Source of the DNA: an uncultured Limnohabitans sp.
Lineage (GTDB): Bacteria; Pseudomonadota; Gammaproteobacteria; Burkholderiales; Burkholderiaceae_C
Direction: 5' to 3'
NCBI GenBank assembly: GCA_964431215.1
Contig: CAYSIY010000001.1
Coordinates: 1 to 45,029, forward strand
DNA: 45,029 nucleotides
Position 1 is the first letter of the stretch, and every line of letters begins with the position of its first letter. The notes under the pieces are model-generated. The model saw only the letters and a program-made list of their open reading frames with translations. It did not search any database and was not told the origin of the DNA. Positions 27,396 to 36,444 of the stretch are shown here, in pieces. The position numbers were made by a program, and so were the translations under genes.

Positions 27396-28610
27396 GTGGA
27401 AAACAACATTACGGCATTGCCAGCGGTCATTGACTTTCAAGCTCTTCAGGAGGTCTCGATCACCTCATCGGCCATGGTCCAGCTCGTTCGGGATCATGTC
27501 TTTGCTCCTGAAAACATCAAAAAGACCCCGACTTTCGGCACTGCAGAACTGCTTGAGGTTTCCCAGGCATCACTTGGCCGATTCAAATACTTCTACGAAA
27601 AGGATCTTTCCTTGCCCAGAGGGCGCATCCCATCGAGTCGACGGGAATTCACGCTCGAAGAATTCAGGAGCTGGCAGCGTGCTTTGCGCCCTGAGGCCAT
27701 GCGTGACCCCAAAAGGGCTGCGGCTTGCACAATAGCTGTCAGCAATTTCAAAGGTGGGTCTACAAAAACAACCACAGCGGCTGCACTGGCTCAGGGCTTG
27801 TCACTTCGTGGCCACAATGTTCTCCTGGTTGATCTTGACCCTCAAGGATCTGCAAGCTCTTTGTTTGGGTTCCTGCCGGATGTTGATGTAACACCGGACA
27901 TGACTGTTGCTCCCTTGTGTGAGGGTACAGCCGGCACGGTTGATGGGGCAATTCGCCCTACTTATTGGGCGGGTGTTGACATCATTGCCGCCTCCCCTGC
28001 CCTGCACAACGCTGAATTTTTCCTGCCGAGCAGGCACCTGCGCGAGCGGAGTTTTGAATTTTGGCGCTGCCTAGATGTGGGTCTCGACAATGCCCGGTCC
28101 AAATACGACGTGATCATCATTGACAGCCCACCGTCACTGTCCTACATCACGATCAACTCGCTGATAGCAGCTGACGGCATTCTGATGCCGTTGGTACCGA
28201 GCGCGTTGGACTTCGCCTCGAGCGCACAATTCTGGAATCTGTGCGTGGAACTGATTGAAGGTCTTTACAAGGGGCGTGGAACTCCTGACAAGAAATTCGC
28301 TTTTGTCGATGTTCTTTTGTCCAAAGTCGATCCCTCGGTTGGAGTTGGGACGGTGGTGCGCGACTGGATCATTTCTGCCTATGGGGCTAAGGTTCTTCCA
28401 GTCGAGATTCCCAAAACTTCAGTGGCCGACACTGCCTCAGCCACTTTCGGAACCGTCTATGACTTGATGCCTGGGTCTGTTGCGGCCAAAACCCTTCGGC
28501 GGGCAAAAACGGCCTATGAGGCGATGGTCAATCATCTGGAATCTCAAGTTCGTGGTGTTTGGAAAGCACAGCAAGAAGCTGCTGAAAAAGGAGTTCCCAA
28601 TGTCAAGTAA
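27396..28610 (+). CDS. parA: Type Ia ParA partition ATPase
   Basis: GTG with AAGGAG RBS; N-terminal HTH-like extension, NFKGGSTKTT, VDLDPQGS, IIIDSPP. Confidence 0.93.
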   Translation: MENNITALPAVIDFQALQEVSITSSAMVQLVRDHVFAPENIKKTPTFGTAELLEVSQASLGRFKYFYEKDLSLPRGRIPSSRREFTLEEFRSWQRALRPEAMRDPKRAAACTIAVSNFKGGSTKTTTAAALAQGLSLRGHNVLLVDLDPQGSASSLFGFLPDVDVTPDMTVAPLCEGTAGTVDGAIRPTYWAGVDIIAASPALHNAEFFLPSRHLRERSFEFWRCLDVGLDNARSKYDVIIIDSPPSLSYITINSLIAADGILMPLVPSALDFASSAQFWNLCVELIEGLYKGRGTPDKKFAFVDVLLSKVDPSVGVGTVVRDWIISAYGAKVLPVEIPKTSVADTASATFGTVYDLMPGSVAAKTLRRAKTAYEAMVNHLESQVRGVWKAQQEAAEKGVPNVK

Positions 28611-29535
28611 ATCAGCCCTCAAGATGCTCGCAAGTGTGCCTAAAGGTGTTCCCTTGGTCGCGCCAGTGTCCGCACCAGGTGGTGCCAAAACTGGGCCGGG
28701 GCAGATGGTCGAATTTCTTGCCAGGGAATCGGAGGCCATGCAGGAAAACGAAGTTCTGAAAAAGGAGATCGCCAACCTCAAGGCCGCAGAAGTCAGCATT
28801 GCGGATCTGGTCGAGGTCGAGGGCCGTCGACGCGTTCTAACTGCTGAAGAGTTTTCAGAGCTGAAATCCAACATTGAGCAACACAGGCTGACAACACCTA
28901 TCACGGTTCGCCCAGTCGGTGAAGGAAGGTACGAGATCGTATCTGGGCATAACCGCGTGGCGATCTTCAAGGAATTGGGCTTGAGCACAATCCCGGCTTT
29001 CATTCGGGATTACTCGCTCATCGATGCGGAGCGCGGCGCCTTCTATGCGAATCTGTTGCACAAGAGTTTGCCCGATTACGAGAGGTATCTTGGCTTCAAG
29101 AAGATCATGGCTTTGACGGGGAAAACCCAATCCGAGATCGCCGAAGAGGCAGGCGTGTCAAAAGCTACGGTTTCTTACTTGATGGCATTCGACAATTTGT
29201 CGGAGGATCTTCGTTCCAAGATCGCAAAACAGCCCGCGAAGGTTGGCTCCAAGTTCGCTGGTGAGCTTGCCAAGCTGTCAAACCCCATGGCTGCGCTCGA
29301 TGCTTTGCTCTCTGGTGGGGTGTCAGCCAAGGATGCATTGAGGGTCGGCGCAGCAGCCGAGAGGACCGAAAGTCAGAGCAAGGAAAGACCTGAGTCGGTG
29401 TTGATCAAGTCGGGAGCAAAGCGAGTAGCTGAAATGATCAACCGGTCGGGGGCTCTGACGATTAAATTCACGGACCACAAACTTGCAACTGCCCTGATGC
29501 CGGAAATTGAAGCCCTGATTCGGGCTAAAAGTTGA
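28600..29535 (+). CDS. parB: ParB partition protein
   Basis: PITVR...YEIVSGHNR ParB motif, HTH TQSEIAEEAGVSKATVS; overlaps parA. Confidence 0.92.
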   Translation: MSSKSALKMLASVPKGVPLVAPVSAPGGAKTGPGQMVEFLARESEAMQENEVLKKEIANLKAAEVSIADLVEVEGRRRVLTAEEFSELKSNIEQHRLTTPITVRPVGEGRYEIVSGHNRVAIFKELGLSTIPAFIRDYSLIDAERGAFYANLLHKSLPDYERYLGFKKIMALTGKTQSEIAEEAGVSKATVSYLMAFDNLSEDLRSKIAKQPAKVGSKFAGELAKLSNPMAALDALLSGGVSAKDALRVGAAAERTESQSKERPESVLIKSGAKRVAEMINRSGALTIKFTDHKLATALMPEIEALIRAKS

Positions 29536-29561
29536 GCCAACTTTTATGTAAGTTGTTGATT
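29527..29561. promoter_or_regulatory. Palindrome at the parB stop plus IHF consensus site (parS candidate)
   Basis: AAAAGTTG-AGC-CAACTTTT (29527-29545), then TAAGTTGTTGATT (29549-29561) matching YAANNNNTTGATW. Confidence 0.45.
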
Positions 29562-29588
29562 TATAAGGGATTCACTGAGTGAACTGCT

Positions 29589-29620
29589 GAGAAAGGGGCC
29601 TTGAGCCCCTTTTTCTCTTT
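29589..29620. terminator. Intrinsic terminator after parB (probably bidirectional)
   Basis: AAAGGGGC-CTTGA-GCCCCTTTTT. Confidence 0.75.
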
Positions 29621-29706
29621 GGAGAAGGGATGGCTCTGTACGGTCTCAAGCAAAATGTTTGACCGATGAGGCAAACGGCCTGCCGATAGGCCTCGAAGGC
29701 CATGGA

Positions 29707-31887
29707 TCAAAGCAGCTTTGCCCGCCTGACGGCCAAGATGAGCTCGGTATTGTCCTGCTCTAGATATTGGCCTGTGGTTGACAGAGATCTGTGCCCCAAA
29801 AGGCGCTGTGCGAGCGGAAGGCCCTTGCCCTTGAAATTGCTGTCAAGGATGGCGTGCGCGACGGTGTGGCGTGTCCAGTGCGGAGTGGCTTTGTCCAGCC
29901 TGATTGCCGTCTTTTCTTTATCGCCAGAGGACAGCCTTTGTGCATGGCGCAGAAACGTTTTGATTGCGCGATAAATACCATCCGACGAGAGTCTGGCTGT
30001 AGTGATCAGACTTGCGGAGATGCCTGGAGATGGTTCAAGTGATGCGACCAGCGGCTGTGATCTGTCCAGGTCTTTGAGCACCTCTTGCTCATTTGCACGC
30101 ACGAGGCGAACGTCGTCGTGGTGCTGCCGGATGCGGGTGAGCAGGTCTGCCGAAAGAGCAACGGTGCGTCTTTTTGAGCCTTTGCCGACAAGCTGCAGGG
30201 TATAGGCTTCCGCCATCTCGCCTTCCAGCTGCACGGTGGACAGCCCGGCCAGAGTGGCGTTTGCCAATTCACTGCGGCGCATGCCGGTGCTCAGCAGCAA
30301 CAACATGATCAGCTGCGTTCTGCGGGCCAAGGCGGCGGCCAGTGGATCTTTGGAAGCCAACCCTGGCAGTGTGTCCAGGGCTCGGCGAATGATCTTCATT
30401 TCGGCTTTATTGAAGGCGCGGGTCGTGTCGATGCTGAAGCCGGTGCTGACTTGGGTGGTCTTTTGGATGCTGGCAAACGGAGAACTGGTCAAGTAGCCGT
30501 TTTCCATCAGTTTGCGAAAGAGCTGCTTGAGGACGCCCAAGGCGTAGTTCTGGTTCTTTGGGGACAGCTGGCCGCGAAAAGGACGCCAGGCCGGGTTGAA
30601 GCGCTCAACGGGCTTGGGGTTGATCCACTCGGGCGGGATGTTTTGCAAAAAGAGCTGGTAGGCCTGGGCGTGCGCCAGTGTGATCGAGGACAGCGGCGTG
30701 CGGACAACGATGAGACACCACAGGTAAAAGCGCTCGACCTCGCGCCGGTAGGCATCAAAGGCCTTGATCTTGCCGGCTGTGGCGAAGGAAGACAGGTAGC
30801 TCTTGATCGCCTGTAGGTCAGTTTGGGCTCCGAGCTGGTTGGGGTTGGGGCTGCGAAATGTGCCGCGCGAGCCATCGAGATCGGGCGGCACGGCCAGCAG
30901 ATCCAGCGGCACCAGGGCAAAGCGCGGGGCCGGGGCGGGGGAGGGCGGCAGGATCTGGCCCGTGCTCGCGTCCAGTGATAGGGCGTGCGCCATCTGGTGC
31001 TGCCGCTGGGCCAGGGCGTAGCGCTCGCGCTGCCACAGGGGCTGCTCGCGGTCTATGTGCGGGAGGGTGTCGCTGTGAAATTCAAGCCACTGCTCGATGC
31101 GGCGGGCACGGCCAAGGCCAATGCCCTGAAGCTGGCGGTACCAGTGCTTGCCGTTGATGCTGATGAATTTCACAAGGGCAAACAGACTGCCGATGTTGTG
31201 ATCGCGCATTGCTTTGGCGATCTTCTCAGAGAGCCAGAGTTCGGGCACGTGCTCGGGCACAGGACGGCGGGCAAGCTCGGTCTGCAGCGCATTCAAGGCG
31301 CGCAGCTTGGCCTCCAGGGCATTGCTTCGCTGCAGCATTTGTGCCGTGGCTTCGGCGGCGACGTTGCCCTCGTCGTTGTCCTGCAGGTATTCCAGGTAGC
31401 GCTCGGCCAGCTCGTTTTCGCGGTACATGTCCGCGTTCTGTTCGGCCCATTCTTCGAACTGCATGACCGCGCTATCTTTTTCCCGGGCACTGGTGGTAAG
31501 TGTTGGTAGCGGTTTCTCCAGCTGAATGGCCAGAGCCCCCAGGTCGTCGGTGGGACGGTCCTGCGCCTGGCGCACAATTTCAGCAATGAGGCGTCTGGCG
31601 CGGGCGAGCAGCGCATGGCCGTGAGGGATCAGCAGGCGGCCTTGGGCGTCAGACTCGATGGAGCTGTAGTACCGCTCGAAGGCCTCTCTGGCGTCGAGGC
31701 CGTTGATCACAGCTCGCAGAAAAGAGAAGTCTTCCAGGTTCAAGCTGGTGGTGGGGGCCAGCAGCGGCGCCTTTGTGCCCGCAGGACGGCCCCTGGAGCG
31801 CTTTTCGGGCTCAGGTGAGGGTGAGGCCTTGGGTGGGGCAAAAAGATCGCTCAAAACGCGATCTGAGAGGTCGTTTTTTTCGTCCAT
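29707..31887 (-). CDS. Large tyrosine recombinase with N-terminal extension
   Basis: Catalytic R (TGMRRSEL), K (GKGSK), HxxR (PHWTRH), H and Y (LGHRSLSTTGQY); core-binding YRREVERFYLWC. Start uncertain (31887, 31908 or 31917). Confidence 0.9.
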   Translation of the reverse strand: MDEKNDLSDRVLSDLFAPPKASPSPEPEKRSRGRPAGTKAPLLAPTTSLNLEDFSFLRAVINGLDAREAFERYYSSIESDAQGRLLIPHGHALLARARRLIAEIVRQAQDRPTDDLGALAIQLEKPLPTLTTSAREKDSAVMQFEEWAEQNADMYRENELAERYLEYLQDNDEGNVAAEATAQMLQRSNALEAKLRALNALQTELARRPVPEHVPELWLSEKIAKAMRDHNIGSLFALVKFISINGKHWYRQLQGIGLGRARRIEQWLEFHSDTLPHIDREQPLWQRERYALAQRQHQMAHALSLDASTGQILPPSPAPAPRFALVPLDLLAVPPDLDGSRGTFRSPNPNQLGAQTDLQAIKSYLSSFATAGKIKAFDAYRREVERFYLWCLIVVRTPLSSITLAHAQAYQLFLQNIPPEWINPKPVERFNPAWRPFRGQLSPKNQNYALGVLKQLFRKLMENGYLTSSPFASIQKTTQVSTGFSIDTTRAFNKAEMKIIRRALDTLPGLASKDPLAAALARRTQLIMLLLLSTGMRRSELANATLAGLSTVQLEGEMAEAYTLQLVGKGSKRRTVALSADLLTRIRQHHDDVRLVRANEQEVLKDLDRSQPLVASLEPSPGISASLITTARLSSDGIYRAIKTFLRHAQRLSSGDKEKTAIRLDKATPHWTRHTVAHAILDSNFKGKGLPLAQRLLGHRSLSTTGQYLEQDNTELILAVRRAKLL

Positions 31888-31913
31888 GGCGCTCGTGCTG
31901 CCGTGCATGCGGC

Positions 31914-32147
31914 TCAATGGGCCGGGGAGTTGGCTGCGCCGTGCTGGCCCATGAGCGTGTCCAGCTGCAGGCGCAGCAGCTGCACCAGGTGCTCGGCATC
32001 GGCCAGCGCGTCAACCGGATCTCGCTGGCGGGCCTTGATCAGGGCGTCTTTGAGCCAGTGGCTGCACGCGGGGTCGGCGAGGGTTTGGTCGATCGCGGTA
32101 AGTCCTTGATCGGGCTGGAAATTTTCGGGGTTTTCGGCTTGTCGCAC
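31914..32147 (-). CDS. Small hypothetical protein co-oriented with the recombinase
   Basis: GTG with GGAGG RBS; LADPACSHWLKDAL...RDPVDALADAE..L, a pattern recalled from small mobile-element proteins. Confidence 0.65.
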   Translation of the reverse strand: MRQAENPENFQPDQGLTAIDQTLADPACSHWLKDALIKARQRDPVDALADAEHLVQLLRLQLDTLMGQHGAANSPAH

Positions 32148-32181
32148 TTTTTGGCCTCCTTGATGCCGGAAATTAATTTCA

Positions 32182-32209
32182 GCGCATCCTAACAATACTT
32201 ATCGTGACG
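32182..32209. other. Candidate tyrosine-recombinase crossover site (11-6-11)
   Basis: GCGCATCCTAA-CAATAC-TTATCGTGACG: TAA-N6-TTA core in the divergent gap upstream of the recombinase unit. Confidence 0.45.
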
Positions 32210-32273
32210 CAATCAAATATTGCCTTTGCTGTGTATTGTACAATCCACAACCACACACGACCAATCCAAGGGG

Positions 32274-32453
32274 ATGGCCATGGCCAGCACCGTTTTAGAA
32301 CTCCCGCAATGCTGCACACCACTGCAACTGCTGCAGGCGCTACGCGAGCACGCCCAAGCGCTGTTCCAGGTGACGGACGAAGTAGGTGCGGGCAAACTGC
32401 TCGCCTACATCGCCGCCGGCGACAAGATCCCCCACGAGTGGGGCCACCTGTGA
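32274..32453 (+). CDS. Small hypothetical protein
   Basis: 59 aa; AAGGGG RBS; GTGA overlap with the SprT-like gene. Confidence 0.5.
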   Translation: MAMASTVLELPQCCTPLQLLQALREHAQALFQVTDEVGAGKLLAYIAAGDKIPHEWGHL

Positions 32454-33223
32454 AAGTGCGGCCGACCGAAGAGGCCTATGCCGAGCTGCAGCAGGCTTAC
32501 GACCACTTCAATGCCCGACTGTTTGAAGGGCGACTGCCCGGCGCGCTGCTCACACTCCAGCGCGAAAAAGACACCTTCGGGTATTTCTCGCGCAACCGCT
32601 TCGTGGGCCGCAGGGCAGGGGAGAAGGTCGATGAGATCGCGATGAACCCGTCGTACTTCGCGGTGGTGCCGCTGGTGGAAGTGCTGCAAACCCTGGTGCA
32701 CGAGATGGTCCACCAGTGGCAACACCACTTCGGCCGGCCAGGGCGCGGGCGCTACCACAACCACGAGTGGGCGGCCATGATGGAGCGCATCGGGCTCATG
32801 CCCTCGGACACGGGCCAGCCAGGCGGGCGCAAGGTTGGCGAGAAGGTGGCCGACTACGCGATCGAGGGCGGGGCGTTTTTGCAGGCCTGTCAGGAGTTGA
32901 TCAGCGAAGAATTCAAGCTGACCTGGCTCGATCGCTTTCCGTCCTACAAGCAGTTCCACGGTGTGGCCGAAATCTACTCGCTGCAGATCCCGCCAGAAGC
33001 CGGGGGCGGGGTCAGGCCGATGGAGGAGCTGGCCACCTTGTCGGGGGCTACCCTGGACGTGCATGTGGTGGGCCCGATGCCGGCGCCCGTCGTGGTACTG
33101 CCCGAGGCACCCAAGCAGCAGACGCGCCTGCGCTACCAGTGCCAGTGCGAGAACCGGGTCTGGGGCAGGCCTGGCCTGTCGATCATTTGCGGCGAGTGCC
33201 GAAACGAATTTGTGCCAGGTTGA
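32450..33223 (+). CDS. SprT-like zinc metalloprotease domain protein with C-terminal Zn ribbon
   Basis: AYDHFNARLF, EIAMNP, TLVHEMVHQWQ (HExxH), YHNHEWA, C-terminal CQC...ICGEC. Confidence 0.88.
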   Translation: MKVRPTEEAYAELQQAYDHFNARLFEGRLPGALLTLQREKDTFGYFSRNRFVGRRAGEKVDEIAMNPSYFAVVPLVEVLQTLVHEMVHQWQHHFGRPGRGRYHNHEWAAMMERIGLMPSDTGQPGGRKVGEKVADYAIEGGAFLQACQELISEEFKLTWLDRFPSYKQFHGVAEIYSLQIPPEAGGGVRPMEELATLSGATLDVHVVGPMPAPVVVLPEAPKQQTRLRYQCQCENRVWGRPGLSIICGECRNEFVPG

Positions 33224-33405
33224 ACAAGGGGGAGAAGATGCGATACGAGAGTGTGGTCAATAACTCGCTGAATCAGCCCAACATCTTCCATAATCGCTAT
33301 GGGGCTTCGGCCTCCCCGCTTCACCTCCCTGAGCGGGTGCCTTTTGTGACAGCAAAAGGCTTCATGCCCCGGCCAGCGTGCCGGGGCCTTTTTAAGGCGA
33401 AGAGC

Positions 33406-33837
33406 GTGAAAAGAATTGTTGTTCTTGGGTTGATTTTTTGCATTTTTTATGCGGACGCCCAGCCGCGAATTTCCCCCTTGACGGAGATTGCTGGCAGGTG
33501 GACCAATGACGTTCAAATCAGCGGGCAAAGTCAGTTCACCCAATCCGAAAACTTCTTCTGGGTTGGCAAATTTTGGGGGGTGGTTGATCCCACGGGTAAG
33601 TTTCGCTTTGCAAGCGAAAATGGCTGTAAATATGAGGGGCTGGCCTACCCATATTTTTCCTGGTGGGAGGGGCAGGCATCCGTTACAAACTGTGCAAATC
33701 GTTCGATGAATCGAATTTATGCGGTTCAGTTTAGAAAAAGCGGATCATTTTTGAGTTTCTCCGGTTCCGCTACATCAATTGGTCCTGGACGCGTTGAAGG
33801 GGCCTACGCCCTAAAGGGCACTCTCTCTCGCTACTGA
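33406..33837 (+). CDS. Secreted hypothetical protein
   Basis: GTG start gives MKRIVVLGLIFCIFYADA (signal peptide); alternative start ATG 33238 with RBS. Confidence 0.55.
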   Translation: MKRIVVLGLIFCIFYADAQPRISPLTEIAGRWTNDVQISGQSQFTQSENFFWVGKFWGVVDPTGKFRFASENGCKYEGLAYPYFSWWEGQASVTNCANRSMNRIYAVQFRKSGSFLSFSGSATSIGPGRVEGAYALKGTLSRY

Positions 33838-34010
33838 AATTGACGCATTCATAGCCCGCCCTGCCGGTTGCCCAAAATTCAGATCTGAGCGAAAAATGAA
33901 TACGGCGGCGGGCGGTCGAACCGACCTCAGCTGAGCGGCCCCGTCTCAGAACTCTGTAGACGTCGACACTGAGGAAAACTATCGCCTCGTCCTGCCGATA
34001 GCATTCTAAT

Positions 34011-34031
34011 GTGCGGATATCGTGCTATAAT
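34011..34031 (+). promoter_or_regulatory. Extended -10 promoter with GTGCGGA box
   Basis: GTGCGGATATCG-TGC-TATAAT; box shared with the promoters at 36357 and 43055. Confidence 0.6.
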
Positions 34032-34055
34032 TTCTTCACCGACCTTGTAGGTTGG

Positions 34056-34076
34056 CCCGTGCCGGCCGGTTGCTGG
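34056..34076 (+). repeat. CGGTT-loop hairpin element, copy 1
   Basis: CCCGTG-CCGGC-CGGTT-GCTGG, 25 nt before ATG 34102. Confidence 0.75.
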
Positions 34077-34101
34077 TTGCCAAAAGGCGATTGGATTAAA
34101 T

Positions 34102-34533
34102 ATGAAACTCTCTGTTGAAGATACCAAGCCCGTGCGGCTTGATGATGGGTCAGCTTTTCTGGTTGCGCCGGTCCGTGCGCATGGGTACGCGTTTACCGCG
34201 TCTGCGCTCGTTGTAAACGATGCCATACAAGACAAGGCGGCCGCTTTGCTGCCTGCAGCTCAGGCCATGGCCGAGGCCAAGAGTACGCGCTGCAATTTTC
34301 TGCGGCGGTCGGCAAATGCTCTTTCGATCAGCACTGATATCTCCGATCCTGCGTACCTGCTGGCTGAACAAGAGGCCGAGCAGGCGCGCCGTCGCGTGGA
34401 TGTTTTGTTTGCCCTTTCCAAAGGTGAAAACATTTTCGGGAAAGAAATCATCGGTGTCGAAGATTGGCGCTCGATCCTCTTTTTTTTCCACCAGGATACA
34501 ACGGTGGGTGCCATCCCGAGCGTGGAGGGCTGA
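34102..34533 (+). CDS. Hypothetical protein
   Basis: 143-aa ORF directly after the promoter and hairpin element. Confidence 0.7.
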   Translation: MKLSVEDTKPVRLDDGSAFLVAPVRAHGYAFTASALVVNDAIQDKAAALLPAAQAMAEAKSTRCNFLRRSANALSISTDISDPAYLLAEQEAEQARRRVDVLFALSKGENIFGKEIIGVEDWRSILFFFHQDTTVGAIPSVEG

Positions 34534-34537
34534 TGTT

Positions 34538-34669
34538 ATGAAACACTCTCTCAACTACCTCGACCTGCAGGCATTGGATCAGCGTCGTGAGCGAATTGAT
34601 GCGGCGCTGTTCTTTGTGGGTGGTGTTGCCGTTTTTGTCCTGTTGGCGGTTATCGCCTACGTGCGTTGA
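34538..34669 (+). CDS. Small membrane protein
   Basis: 43 aa, GGAGGG RBS, C-terminal TM segment. Confidence 0.5.
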   Translation: MKHSLNYLDLQALDQRRERIDAALFFVGGVAVFVLLAVIAYVR

Positions 34670-34674
34670 TCATC

Positions 34675-34974
34675 ATGAACGAGGTGCTTGAATGGACAGG
34701 ATCTATCATTGGCATTTTGGGGGCTGCGCTGTTGGCGACGCACGGCCCTCGGGCGCGCTGGGGATGGCTGTGCTATCTGCTGGCCAACGTGCTGCTCATC
34801 GCTTGGGCGTTGCGCATTTCTGCCGCTGGGCTTTTGCTGCAGCAGCTGGTCTTTTTACTGACCAGCGTGCTCGGACTCAAACGCAGCGGTCTTTTGGAGG
34901 TCATTTGGCTGATCATGAAAAATCTGGCGGGCAGCTCCCGCGTGCGCGCGAAGAGCGAGAAGCGCGAGGGCTAA
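34675..34974 (+). CDS. Small multi-pass membrane protein (PnuC-like half)
   Basis: LEWTGSIIGILGAALLA...WGWLCYLLANVLLI...LQQLVF pattern. Confidence 0.6.
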   Translation: MNEVLEWTGSIIGILGAALLATHGPRARWGWLCYLLANVLLIAWALRISAAGLLLQQLVFLLTSVLGLKRSGLLEVIWLIMKNLAGSSRVRAKSEKREG

Positions 34975-35420
34975 CCTATGCGCAGATGGGTCAGGTTTTG
35001 GGTCTTGGTGAACACCAGATCGAGGCTGGTGCTGTGCAGGGTTACGAGAGCGGAATGCCGGCGCGAAACGGCTCCGTGGTCCGCATATATCAGGGCTTGC
35101 AGCGCGCGCGCCTACAGGGTTGCGTCTGGCTCGGCCTGCCGCGTTTCACGATCGCTCGCGACGGCCAGGCTGTCGTGCTGCACCATAACGAATGGCCGCG
35201 TTTCGTGGCCAAGGCCGTACCCGAGAAGCTGCACAAAGAGCAATGGCGCTTTGCGCGTGCTGGTATGCCGGTTTACGAGCTGCGGCCGTCGACTGGACTA
35301 GCCCAAATGATTTTCAGCTACCTCGACCATGTTCCTGAGGGTGTGGATGTCGAGGATGTCCTGGAAGAGGCCATCGCAGCCCTAGAGGGTTTTGTGCTTT
35401 TTGGGGGGTCTCGTGGCTGA
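34905..35420 (+). CDS. XRE-type HTH domain protein
   Basis: TTG start after GGAGG; REARGLTYAQMGQVLG...AVQGYESG. Confidence 0.6.
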   Translation: MADHEKSGGQLPRAREEREARGLTYAQMGQVLGLGEHQIEAGAVQGYESGMPARNGSVVRIYQGLQRARLQGCVWLGLPRFTIARDGQAVVLHHNEWPRFVAKAVPEKLHKEQWRFARAGMPVYELRPSTGLAQMIFSYLDHVPEGVDVEDVLEEAIAALEGFVLFGGSRG

Positions 35421-35628
35421 GCGCACAAAAGTGGACAGGTTCAGGGGCAGGCCTGGGGCTTTGCGTGAATGGCAAAGCCGCATGGGGTACACCAATGCCG
35501 GAGCTGCTGCCGCGCTGGACATTGGCCTCACCACCTGGAATGAACTGGTGCGCGAGGATTCGCGCATCGACCTGCGCACGGCGCTTGCCTGTGCGGCAAT
35601 AGAACAAGGCGTCAAGCCTTTGCAATGA
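35413..35628 (+). CDS. Small XRE-type HTH protein
   Basis: LREWQSRMGYTNAGAAAALDIGLTTWNEL...TALACAAIE. Confidence 0.7.
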   Translation: MAERTKVDRFRGRPGALREWQSRMGYTNAGAAAALDIGLTTWNELVREDSRIDLRTALACAAIEQGVKPLQ

Positions 35629-35642
35629 ATTTTGAAAGGGGA

Positions 35643-36017
35643 ATGAAAATGCAATACCAAGACCGCACCGTGGGCGAAATTGACCTGCCCAAAAACTCTC
35701 CAGCCTGGCTCATCCAGCTGGCTGCCGCAGTGCCTTCGGTCGACCGGAACGAGTTTTTGTCGACCATTGAATCTCTGGCTGCTCAGGTGCGCAGCCAGTC
35801 ACGCAGCAAAGCAGTTGAGCTTGTCCGCGAACTTGTGGCGGACTCGGGCTTGAGCCTGCAAGATGTTTTCCCGTCGGAGGCTAGGGCCCCGAAGACTTCT
35901 CGGGGTCCCGCTCCGGTTCGCTACCGCGACCCGACCACGGGAAAGACCTGGAGCGGGCGCGGTGTAGCGCCTCGCTGGCTGCAAGGCAAGAATCGCGATG
36001 AGTTTACAGTCCCCTGA
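35643..36017 (+). CDS. hns: H-NS family nucleoid-associated protein
   Basis: C-terminal APVRYRDPTTGKTWSGRGVAPRWL; GLSLQDV linker. Confidence 0.88.
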   Translation: MKMQYQDRTVGEIDLPKNSPAWLIQLAAAVPSVDRNEFLSTIESLAAQVRSQSRSKAVELVRELVADSGLSLQDVFPSEARAPKTSRGPAPVRYRDPTTGKTWSGRGVAPRWLQGKNRDEFTVP

Positions 36018-36050
36018 TGCCCTCTGATTGGCCCCTTCGGGGGTGCGTTT

Positions 36051-36088
36051 AATAAGCGCCTGGTGCCTTGCCTGCACCAGGCGTTATT
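36051..36088. terminator. Stem-loop/terminator after hns
   Basis: CGCCTGGTGC-CTTGCCT-GCACCAGGCG followed by TTATTCGTTTT. Confidence 0.55.
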
Positions 36089-36356
36089 CGTTTTGCTTGC
36101 TTGCTAGCTGGTGCCCGCAGGCGGGCATGAGCTTCAATCAGCGGCTTCGCCGAGTGAGCAATGGATATTGCGCGGCACAAGGCCGCGCTGATTTGCTTTT
36201 CAGGGCGCGAATGAGTTTGCTGGGCTTTAAAGGGCAAGGCTCGCGGCTGGTCAGGTTGAGAGGTGAATGGTCTTTGTCACCATGGGGGCCTCGGCCCCCA
36301 TACCCCCCATGTCCCGCGTATCAGGGTTAGTCCTTATAAAATAATTGTCGGAGCTG

Positions 36357-36384
36357 TTGACTTAGTGCGGAAAGCGTATATAAT
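36357..36384 (+). promoter_or_regulatory. Sigma70 promoter with GTGCGGA box
   Basis: TTGACT-16 bp (TAGTGCGGAAAGCGTA)-TATAAT. Confidence 0.8.
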
Positions 36385-36409
36385 AGACCTGTGCCATGTA
36401 GTAATGGCA

Positions 36410-36430
36410 CCCGCGCCAGTCGGTTACTGG
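36410..36430 (+). repeat. CGGTT-loop hairpin element, copy 2
   Basis: CCCGCG-CCAGT-CGGTT-ACTGG, 14 nt before ATG 36445. Confidence 0.8.
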
Positions 36431-36444
36431 CCCAGGATTTGATT

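Larger units (their letters stand above)
36171..36430 (+). repeat. ~260-bp upstream cassette, copy A
   Basis: Aligns by eye with 42871-43128; contains ATGGGGGCC-TC-GGCCCCCAT hairpin, a sigma70 promoter and the CGGTT-loop element. Confidence 0.88.

Noticed and set aside
29707-31887. Prophage, ICE or integron integrase
   Set aside because: No phage genes, tRNA/att site or attC cassettes seen; the adjacent iteron replicon and parAB indicate a plasmid.
32229-32244. LexA (SOS) box upstream of the SprT-like operon
   Set aside because: CTGTGTATTGTACAAT does not fit CTG-N10-CAG.
33854-33877. Sixth CGGTT-loop element (GCCCGCCCTGCCGGTTGCCCAAAA)
   Set aside because: Only a 2-bp stem and no start codon downstream; at most a degenerate remnant.
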